64,000 nucleotides of DNA from Lingula anatina (taxonomy: Eukaryota > Animalia > Brachiopoda), in assembly GCA_051362555.1 (NCBI GenBank), contig JBPQGU010000016.1:5456001-5520000 (forward strand). Direction: 5' to 3'. The notes below the pieces were generated by a model. The model ran no database searches, was not told where the DNA came from, and was given only the letters and a program-made list of their open reading frames with translations. Shown piece after piece: positions 53,710-64,000 of this stretch (the first letter of the stretch is position 1; every line of letters starts with the position of its first letter). Position numbers and translations under genes: made by a program.

Positions 53710-55069
53710 CATGCGTACAGAGTCTACAGACAAAAACTCACACATGCGCCACTTTAAAATACTGGCAAATGTTCATATACTAGTTTCTGGATGATGAAGC
53801 CAATTGTGAATTATTGATGAAGGCATAATGAAGCAATCATTATCCTAATTTCCCCCACTGCAAAATGTCAATAAATTGTCATCAATAACACTGAAATAAA
53901 CAGCTCAACTGCTCACTTTGCAGGCAAGATTCTAATCAGAGAATTTTTGCACCAAAAACTTTCATTTGATAAACCTAGTCCCCATGGTTTTAACTAATTA
54001 ACTACTAGTAGTCTAGAAGTTGCGGTTTTGAAAAATTATTGCAGTGGTTAACAACATTTCAAACATGCAGACAAACATCTGAAATGTTCATGTATGTTTT
54101 ACTTGGTCCTTATCAATACACTTCAATGCAAAGCTCTATTGATAAAATTTATTTAAGATAAAATACCTACAAGTGAAGAAGTCCATAATGGGTTTCTTCT
54201 TGTAAACCAAACCTTTAAAATCCACAGGCATGCTGCTATTAAGTGTTCTAGACTTCACTCACTATATAATTAATTCTTTTGCATAACTATGTTACATATA
54301 TATATATCAACTGTCAACTGTCCTCTTCAACTGTCAACTCATTACTTTTTTATGAAGAATAGTGGCTTTTTGGTAAAGTGAATTTAGAAACATAAAACAA
54401 TTCTTATATTTTGCATTTAAACTGAAACCTCTGAAAAGACATTTATCTCTTAAATAGGCCTAATTTCAATCAAAAGGTGTGATCTTCATATATACTTAGC
54501 ATAGAAGGTATTTTGGTCTTGGGCATGTTTGCGGTATCACTGTGAACACATTATGAAGCAATGATGGCCGTCATTTTCAGAGATAAATCAGCTGCCAACC
54601 TGGACAGAGAAGATACCAGGTGTGGACATCCCGCCCAAGGACTATCTCAATCCTGGATAAATACTATGATCCAATGGGTTATTTCACTGCCAAGCTTTAG
54701 GCTTTAAAGTTTACCTTTAAGTCTAGTTAAAGACAAGCTTTATTTTTGGGTTAAGATATTAAATCAAGTTGCTTCCCTGCTGAAAAGTACACAAACTGGA
54801 TGTTTTCTTTATTGGAAACAATTGCCAGGGCACAGTCCTTCATGCTGCTACAGCTGCCACTAGATTCAGTGTTATGCTCACTACATGACTCTGCATGACT
54901 CGACATGTTTTCACACAAGTTTCCTATTACCCTCCAGCAATCTATCTGTGTCCATATAGAAACCTTTGCCAAGCTGAACATAACTGTTGTTAGAAGACAA
55001 TTCCTACTTAATCAACAAATATAAGTGACAGCAGCGAAACATTCTTTTCACAACATTTTGACTGACTTA

Positions 55070-55294
55070 GACCCCATTTCCATTGATTTTAGATCGATCT
55101 ATCCCTGCGGGGAGTCTCACTAGATTACTGTCAGCTTAGCCAGCTTAAGCGTCTGTCCCGCCTACTAAAAGCTGTAAAGCGGTAATTAACTATGGTGCGC
55201 GCTTTGCTGACTGCAATTTAGCGTGAACCCCCAGGGAGTAAGGTCGATCTAAATCTTAATCCCTGGATCGATCTAAATCTCTGGGAATGCACCC
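55070..55294. mobile_element. MITE flanked by TTA/TTA (Harbinger-like)
   Basis: tta|gaccccatttcca ... tgggaatgcaccc|tta with internal inverted gatcgatct motifs. Confidence 0.6.
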
Positions 55295-55297
55295 TTA

Positions 55298-55557
55298 GAC
55301 TGGGTTCCCATACCTGGATTGATCTAACAGGATCTATCCATCTCCAAGGGATTTCTCCCTAAATTGCTTTCAGCTTATTAAGCGGCTTAGATGTTTGACA
55401 TGCCAACTGAAGCTTCTAAACGATAATCAATTATCCCCTAGCAGCTTGAATACATGAGACAGACATCTCAGCCACTGAAGTTGATTGCAATTTAGCGAGT
55501 ATCCCCTTGGAGATAGATCGATCCACAGTTAGCATGAAAGGGTCTGGGAATGGTCCC
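55298..55557. mobile_element. MITE flanked by TTA/TAA; inverted copy at 59837-60092
   Basis: gactgggttcccata...tctgggaatggtccc aligns end to end with the reverse complement of 59837-60092. Confidence 0.8.
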
Positions 55558-56102
55558 TAAAAGTATTCTTATGTCAAGGCTATAGTTATATATACAAAAT
55601 ACAAAAACACCTGTCAGTAGAATTCATGAAAATTAAATTATGTTATACAAGTACTATGCTAATGTGATATATGAAAACTAAGACCAAATCCCAGATGACC
55701 CATTAGGACCAGGATGCTAATGTGTAGAACTGCATAATGAAAAACTGGATGATTATAAATTAAAGCAATTTGATGAAATTGCAGATAGTTAACCTAAGTG
55801 TCTATGCTGCCTCACTTTGCTGTAGCTCTTACGACCAATCCTTTACATATCATGATTACTAATATGTAGACTAATCTTACCTATTCCCTTTCAGTTTCAC
55901 CATATCTTAGTTATATCTATTTAAAAAGATGCAATTCTTTTTATCTTAAAACAGCTTTACAAACAGAAAAGTACTATTTTAAGTGGTGACATCAGCAAGA
56001 AGCCATTTGTCTTGAGAGTTGTGCTGACTCTCTGCTAAGAGACTTACTGCAGCCACAAAAATGTCAATTCACCCACAGCATCAATTACTTCATGTTGGTG
56101 AC

Positions 56103-57186
56103 CAGACTTTACGAAAGGCGTCGGACCGTCGGACATGCCTGGCAAATTTCGTCTCGGTCCGATAAAAAATCCTATATCGTCGGACCGTATGTCCGGCGAG
56201 TTTTCAAACTGACTGGGAATGTGTAAATATAAGGAATACGTTGTTGTTTCTTTTCTGGACGATATATTTTACTACATTCGAAAAGAGAGACGGGGTGAAA
56301 ATCTCGGGGAGTTCCCAGCTAATTATACATAATTTATTAACCTCAGTTTCACTTACAAATGCTATTTTGTGACTGGCTGAGGTTGGGGGATTCCTGAATG
56401 ATGTAATGTACAGTCTCGTTTTCGTTTTCGTAATACCCCTACATGACAAAATGGCTGCAACACATGTGCTCGTGCTATTTGCGTTTTACAGACTTGATCC
56501 TCTGTTTCTTCATTATCAGTCATACACAGTACTCATGGATAAGCCTTTTGTTTAGAAAATGACGTTGTTGAACTTTAAACACTTCGTTGATGCAAAGCGT
56601 GGCAAAAAATAAAAACGAAGTGAGGAAGAGAAACGGAAGTTTACTAAAATTGGAAAGAAGGTAGGCCCTGGCGGACTTGTGATCTGTAGGAGAGGAAAAA
56701 AGCTTCAATTGGATGAAAGAGACTGCCTTATTGTGCTGTTTCAATATGCATATGTTTTTGCCAAAAACAAGGTGTGAAATCATTATCTGATTAACAATAA
56801 CAGACGTTTTTATGCACATACATTTGATATTACTAGCTACACATTCTTCATACTTGTATTGTTTTTAGTCCTTGTGTCATTCCACAGCGTCTTTTTCATT
56901 AAATAAAAAAAACAACTTGTTATGCAAGTAATTTTTTGTCTATTTTTTTTTTTTTTTTGTTTTTCTTTCTTATTTTACTTTTTTACAAATAAATATATAT
57001 CAAAAATTTAATATTTGAATTAATGTCAGTGATTTAAAACGTTAGAAAATACACATGAAAACATGAATAATGGTTCACATTTCTATTATTTTACTTCGGT
57101 CTGACAGATTTTGTTTCGGTCTGACAGAATTTTCAAGCTTGTCAGACCGAATGTCTGACAGATTTTTTGGCCTTTCGTAAAGTCTG
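56103..57186. mobile_element. Non-autonomous TIR DNA transposon, 16-bp TIR CAGACTTTACGAAAGG, 6-bp TSD GGTGAC
   Basis: TIRs at 56103-56118 and 57171-57186; ggtgac at 56097-56102 and 57187-57192; subterminal tcggac/tctgac repeats. Confidence 0.88.
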
Positions 57187-57735
57187 GGTGACATTTATAA
57201 AAAGAATTAAAATACTGATTTCTGAGTTGGAAGATATTTTTTTGATAAATGCCTTATCCTATAATAAGTAATGTATAACATAATAACCAAAATAAATGAA
57301 TGCAAAATGGATTCATATTTTCTAATCAACAGTCTCCATGCCTTAAGAACATAGTCAGGGCTCCAATTAACCCCCTAAAGCAAACCCCTCTATTTCCCTG
57401 GCCATTAATCAATCCAGCAGAGTGCACAGCAGCAGTAGGAGTCTAGGACAATACATATATGGCTTATGACTGCTCTCTGCATGCATAAAGATGATGTGAG
57501 GTTGTCTTCCCACCGAGATTTCTCTTATACATTGAAATAGTCTAACTGATAATTAGCAGACTTATCTTGTACCTTGAAACAGTCTATTAGCAGGCTACTA
57601 ATCCTGGTCTAAGTTACTATCACTATATTGCCTTGAACCCAGCTAGTTATTATGGAAGTTGAATGTCAATTTAAGATATTATCAATATTTAGTATTACCT
57701 GTGACTGGCAGACAGGAAGTCGTCAACTCTGTTAT

Positions 57736-59609
57736 TAGGGAGGTCAGGTCAACTTTGATAGTAACATAAATATCATCCAAAATGATTTTATCTGATAGAG
57801 CAATTCATGAGCTTTCCAAAAAATTTTAATTTTTGAAAATCAAGCAAGCCAATCAAAAGTTATTAAATTTTCAAGAATGCTAGTCGGCCACAAAATTTTG
57901 AAAATGTCTTGTATGCAAGCATATGTAACAGTGGAAGCCAAAAGTGTCACCTAATTGCCCAATCAATAGAACAAAATTGGCATAACTTTTGAATGGAGTG
58001 AAATATCCATTTGAAATTTTCTGGAAAGTTACACTATGCCAAGAAGAATCTGACAAGATTCAATTTTCTGTAATTTATCCATTATTTCCATGGCAACCAT
58101 TGCTAAATATCAATAGCGATCGATATTTTTTTTTTATTTTTCAACCTAAGGCTTCAGCATCACTGCCCAAAGGCTACTTTTGGATGAAAATGATGCTAAA
58201 TAATGTGCCATCACTAAAATAAAAAATGATAGCTTCTAATGTATCTGTTGCTATGAAAATCGTCATTATGATAGCTGTTGCTATGGTAACTGTTTGAATT
58301 ATTTTTTACACATTATCATGAATTTTAAACTGAATATGAAGTGGGAAACACTCTTGGTACTCAGTTTATTAATTTAAGTTAAGTAGTAAACAAATACTCT
58401 GTCACTGTTGCCATGGCAACCAATATTACAATGACAATTGCATATACGATTTTAAGGTTTAACTAGTAAAAAATACCAGAATGCACAATGAAAATAAATA
58501 ATATCCGATTTTGGTAAGGTATAATTTTGCCAAAAAAAATTAATTGATATTGGACATCATAGCAGGTAGGTAATACAAAAACCAGCGAGATTTTTTGGAG
58601 AGACTGCCATAACATAATGGCAGTTTTAGGAATTTTCCGTTTTTTGTTGTTAAGAAAAAATAAATAAATATTTATTTATTTTGTTCCCTTTTGTTCGGCT
58701 GTCATAAATCATTCTAGAGTTATGGCATATTCTCCATGATTTTAATTAACATTCCCCTTTTATGTTCACTGACGAGTTCAAAGACGAAAAAAGCATTAGC
58801 CCCATCAATATCATACGTAATTTCATACTTTGTTTGAAAAATAAAATAAACTCTATATTCTTGAATTGTAGGCGTTTTATCAATATCACTGGGGTTCGTG
58901 AACAATTCAAAGATTTTCTGATTAGATATTCTGATATCTTGATCCTCTTTGGGTACTGAAAGTGCAGTTGCTTTTTCATCAGCAGAACAGCTTGGTGCGT
59001 CCGCCATTTTGTTTGCGGTAAGATCAAAGTCACTGATTTTCTAACGGCTGTTACGGCTCTATCTTACCAAAAAATGATAAATAAAAAACTGATTTGAACC
59101 GAGAATTAGTTAAAAAATTTAGGTAGGGGTTACAGAACTTTCAGAAATTCGTAATTCTAACTCTAAAACACGATTAAAAACTTTACAAGCTAGTTTTGGT
59201 TGCTGTTTTCGGTTGAGTAAACTTCTGTAACCCCTCACTCGAACGCTTGATTCATTTTCCTCATGAATATGTGTCCAAATATGAGGAAATAACATCCGGG
59301 ACGCCGTACGGAGCTTTTAGAAAAATGGCGCGAAACGCGCATGTTGAGCAAAATTCGTAAATAGTGGGAACCAAACGAGGAAGTGAAATCACCAGCGATT
59401 TCTCACAGCATTTTCGTGGCTGGAGGCTTACAACGGAGACATGATACATTGTTACACATATTGTTAGAAAGCCCATTCAATGCACTTTTTAAATATATTT
59501 TCATATTTATCATAGGACCCAAATCTTGGAAGTTATGATAGAAAACAAACAGCGAGGTTAGATTTCTTCCCGTTTTCGACTGCGTGAGCTTTGTGACCTG
59601 ACCTCCCTA
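57736..59609 (-). mobile_element. Internally deleted TIR DNA transposon, TIR TAGGGAGGTCAGGTCA, 7-bp TSD CTGTTAT
   Basis: TIRs at 57736-57751 and 59594-59609; ctgttat at 57729-57735 and 59610-59616; residual ORF 58720-59007 with AAAATGGCG start. Confidence 0.88.
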
Positions 59610-59836
59610 CTGTTATTGCTTGGTCTTATTTCTTTTCTTATTTTTTATTGCAATCGTAAAAGCTCACAGTCATTAAATTCTCTTCCAGCTTTGCTATCTA
59701 ACATCAAGCCAATCAGCACTATTTAATTCTGACGACCTTATACAGGTGTCATTTCCTACATGTTTTTTGAGGACACTTTTTTTCTTGAAAAAAATGGTCC
59801 CTATACATATTGTTACTAGTAAAAATATGTAACTAA

Positions 59837-60092
59837 GGGATCATTCCCAGACTCTATAGTACTAACTTTGGATCGAACTATCTCCAAGGGGACTCTCCCT
59901 AAATTGCTATCAACTTAAGCTGCTGAGATGTCTGTTACGCCTACTGAACCTGCTAGGGGGTAATTAATTATTGTTTAGCAGCTTCAGTAGATGTGCCAGA
60001 CATCTAAGCTGCTTAAGCAGAAAGCAATTCAGTGAAAACCCCTTAGAGATGGATAGATCCTGTTAGATCGATCTAGGCATGGGAACCCAGTC
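59837..60092. mobile_element. MITE with TAA target duplication (Harbinger-like)
   Basis: taa|gggatcattcccagac...atgggaacccagtc|taa. Confidence 0.8.
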
Positions 60093-60599
60093 TAAGTTAC
60101 CAAGCGACAGACTGCATAAGTTTTATATGTCTACTAGTTTAATCTAGCAACCAATTATGACTTCTCCTAACTTCTGCTTAATTAACACATACCACACAGA
60201 CAGCCCTGAGCGCTAACGCATGGAACTTTGTGCTACTTAAATGAGCTGTATCCCATTTTCCAAAATTTTAAAGGGAGAAGCATCTAACTTAAAAGTCAAA
60301 GTCGAAGGGGGAATCCTGTTCTCCTGTGGCCGCAAGTAGATTACAGTGTTAATATAAAGTAGTGTTTACCAATTAATTAATGACTGTTGCAGAGTTAGGC
60401 TACATGTACAGTACTAGTAGTAATACTAACAGCAGTACTAGATGTCGTCAGTGCCGGGGAAGTGGCAGTGCACTACTACGACTACTACTACTAGTGACAG
60501 TTGTGTAATGTCAGTTACCGCAGTGTCACACCTCACTCAGTCACAGCCACAGTGTCAATCGACTGTGCTGAGGCTATGTTGCCTTAACGGAGGACTTAC

Positions 60600-61221
60600 T
60601 TACTTACAGGAGGGCTACAATTCAACATAACACAGTGAAATACTCTAAATTAATCAGACATACACTACCTTTAATTACAACGGTTCTAGTATTCCGTCGA
60701 GGATCAGTGGTCTCAATGTATAACTATAAACGCCTTGCGATCATGTATGTTCCCAAACCGGAACAAGTTGCTGCTCACGCGAGATAATTTATGACGCGAG
60801 ATCGTGTAATGTGATATGACTGAGAGGCTTGCAGTAAGGCCTCGTTTTAAATCTTTAGCATCCAAATACGATAAATCCAAATGAGATGAGCAAGAGGAAA
60901 AGTTATATTATTTCTTTGCCCGCAGCGCATGTTATAGGTGTCCGCGGAAAAAAATAAGTCCTTGATATGTAGACGTTTGACTGAAATACAAAATCTTCTT
61001 CCAAAGAAGTATATAAGATATATTTTTCTTTCATATGTCTATCATAAACGAGATGCTATAGTCTCTGGTCAAAACTATGTGCGTAGGAATATGTTGAATC
61101 TATTTGAGAGACAGAACCCACGTGGGTAACACGCGTGGCGTTGTGTGGTCGCCATCTTCCGACTGTTTGACAGCCACAATATAGAATATCTGTTGCTTTG
61201 GTTCAGAGTTTTTACCCAAAG
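60600..61221. promoter_or_regulatory. Putative FUT8/MAX bidirectional promoter with E-boxes
   Basis: Minus-strand GTAAGT donors at 60594-60607 (probable FUT8 exon 1); CACGTG 61119-61124, CACGCGTG 61130-61137, GCCATCTT 61151-61158; CpG enrichment. Confidence 0.6.
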
Positions 61222-62432
61222 ATGAGTGACGATGAAAGGGATATCGACATCGAAAGTGATGTGAGTATGTTTTAGCATATGACAAATAAACAGAACTGAC
61301 TCAAGTTACAAGAATAATGGTAAATATTGTGAACTTCTGGGCGTGTTTTCGTTTCAGGAAGAGGAGGACGAAATGGGCTTGGACGGAAATCAGTCAAATG
61401 TTACACAGTTTATGAGCCAGGTAAGACAGATGTCAATAACTTACGTGATTGTGACCAAGAATTAAATTCTGGGGCCAATTATGAGAGAGTAGAAATGAGA
61501 TACAAGGACAATATGTGGACAGTGTCAGAACATGTCACGTGACGTAAACATTAACATGTGGGGGATTTTTGTCTTCTGTTGAAGTAGGATCTGTTGCTTG
61601 GTTTTCATTTTTAAATCAGAAAAAAAAAGAAAAAGAAATTGGTGGTGATCCTAAGAAGTCCTGATTTATTAAGGTATACCATTGATTTTGTACAAGTAAA
61701 AGACAAATTACTGGCACTTATGCCAATTTTTTTCCAGGCTGAAAAGCGTGCCCACCACAATGCTTTGGAAAGGAAAAGGAGAGATCATATAAAAGAAAGT
61801 TTTCACAGTTTACGAGATTCTATACCATCACTTCAAGGAGAGAAGGTAATTTATTTCCAGTGTTAATAGAGCATTGTATTATGTATTAATAACATTATGA
61901 AGAGTTAGAAATTGAGAACATGCATATTGTATGGCTAAAACCTTATACTGATCATTGCCAGAATTATTTTGCAGGTAGCAAGATCACAGATTCTGAAGAA
62001 AGCTTCTGAATATATCCAGTTCATGCGAAGAAAAAATAATACACATCATCAAGATTTAGAAGATCTGAAAAGACAAAATTCTGTTTTGGATCAACAAGGT
62101 AATACTTATCACTGTAGCTTGCTTTATTATAAGGGACTCCAATGTATCAGATAAACTTCTAATCCTTGTTTGATTTTTGCTGCCCAGGGGGGATTTCATA
62201 TATAAACATAAAATGATTACTTGAATAATGTATCAATTAATAGAGGGAATTTGTGTTTTCAGTGCGAGCCCTAGAAAAAGCAAAGACAACAGGGACTTTT
62301 GCCAGTCAGTCCTCTTCAGGATTAGAGTCAGAAACTGTTCTTAATTCAAACGAAAGACGTGGGTCTGGTTCAGAAAGTTCTGAATCAGATCTGGGACCAG
62401 GGAAGAGGAAAAAATTGAAAACTTCAACATAG
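61222..62432 (+). CDS. MAX: MYC-associated factor X (bHLH-ZIP). Exons 61222-61260, 61358-61420, 61738-61845, 61975-62098, 62263-62432
   Basis: [13 protein letters not shown]; [36 protein letters not shown]; [33 protein letters not shown]; VRALEKAK; C-terminal NLS GKRKKLK. Confidence 0.97.
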
Positions 62433-64000
62433 CAAAGATTTCAACTTATTTTTACTCAATATTGGTAATTTTTTTGATTGGTGTGTCCAGGAAGCTGTTA
62501 AAACCATCTTACATATGATATAGTTATAATGTTGTGAAAAAAAGTAGTAGAAGGTGTCCTAATTTTTGTGCCATTTAGTTTTTAGTAAAATCTAAAATCC
62601 ATTGTTACTGTATTGACCTTTTTCTTTGTAAATCAAATGTATTTGGAGTTTTGGTATCATCTACCATTAGAAGAGTTATTACATAGAAGCCAGATCAAAT
62701 TTGCTATGAAAATTTCGTAACTTTTTGGCCGTAACAGAACTGTTAAGAATAGTCATTTATTCATTTATGGCAAAATTTTCTTAAAATCAGTAAATGAGCA
62801 AGATTGAAACTAAGGCCAAGCATTTTGAATATTTTGGTGTGAAAATTATAGCATTGTAACTGGTACTTTGGTTTTAATGAGTGTATGTTCTCAGACAGTG
62901 TTACAGTGTACCCCTAAGGTTAACTTGGGGAAACTGACAAAGAGGGGTGAGCAATATTGGTACACTAATGTATTTTATTGACTTCAGAGCCCAAAGAAAC
63001 ACTGCATTCAATAAATTCATTGAATGTATTAACTATGAATGCAGTCCAGATTTTTGAAATAGCATGATTAAATGTTTTTCAAAGGCTTTTTGACTTGGCA
63101 ATGTGCTGAAATTGTATAAATTCTTGTCTGGAAAAATGAGGAAGTTAAGATCATAAACAGAGTTCTATTCTGATATTGCTGCATAGAATTAAGAAAATAT
63201 AAAGGGGTTTATTCTCAGGTGGGAAATGTTTCAGCACAAAGATAATATGTGTAACTGCTGGTAAAGGAGTTTTCTGGTGACTGAGTAATATGTCAGTTAG
63301 TATTATGCTGTGGCTGGGGTATCCTTTAAACTTGTTTGTTCAAAATTACAAGTCTGGTTATTTGTGCAAGTTGAACACAGGGACGAAAAATTAAAAAACC
63401 AGTGTTTCACCACCTGTACAATGACCTCGTAACATTTTGTGTACTCTTTCTAACAAAATATACTTTGTGGTGTTTTAAATGACGAAATTCTAAATAACTT
63501 TTGCACATTATAACCAGTGCCATCACTCACACAAGAATCCACTTTCTTTTTCCCTCTTAACATCCAGTCTTGATTTTAGCATATGTACTTAAGCAGAAGA
63601 GTAATGGATAAGTCAAACTCATGAATGTGTTCAAATAATTTTTCAATAAAATCTGGACAAAAGTTATTTTGAGTTGTGGTTATAGCCAAGACCTGAGTTT
63701 TTTACACTATGTTTGTATCATGATAATGAATAAAGTAGTCTTAAACTGTTTGTTCTTTTTGGTCAATCTTCTGATATAATGAACAAGCATTTTGTTTCTA
63801 TTATTTGCTTTGTATTTATGTTTTTATGTTTCAAAAGATGTTAATGAATACAGTCAGTTTTATACAAGGTGTACTCTGCCCTAAAAATAATGGTCACGCA
63901 TGGACCTGTCGTGACAGCAGGATCCAGTAGATGTCACTGCCAGCATTACAGATGAGTCACCTGCTGGATATTGTTGGTCACCTCTAAGGGTCCTGCCACA

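Noticed and set aside
61969-62154. Truncated delta-Max-like isoform by intron read-through
   Set aside because: An open frame of 18 codons into an intron is expected by chance; no further support
63880-64000. GC-richer minus-strand open frames at the window edge, possibly the last exon of a convergent gene
   Set aside because: Too short and unrecognisable to call

Overview
AT-rich, intron-rich animal genomic DNA (repeat types and intron style suggest a lophotrochozoan such as a mollusc; inference only). Six recognisable genes: intronless TAMM41 (-) and SDHAF1 (-) packed about 175 bp apart, 13-exon TASP1 (+), roughly 33-exon TTLL5 (-), 9-coding-exon FUT8 (-) and 5-exon MAX (+). The introns carry nested Helentron/HINE-like elements, Harbinger-like MITEs, two non-autonomous TIR transposons and many mini/microsatellites. 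Most notable: (1) SDHAF1 and TAMM41 appear to share one promoter and 5' exon as alternative last exons, or as a dicistronic unit; (2) several TTLL5 exon 3' ends are tandemly duplicated together with their splice donors, in two cases fully in frame; (3) head-to-head FUT8-MAX pair as in human, with E-boxes at the MAX promoter. Exon coordinates were read by eye and may be off by a few bases.
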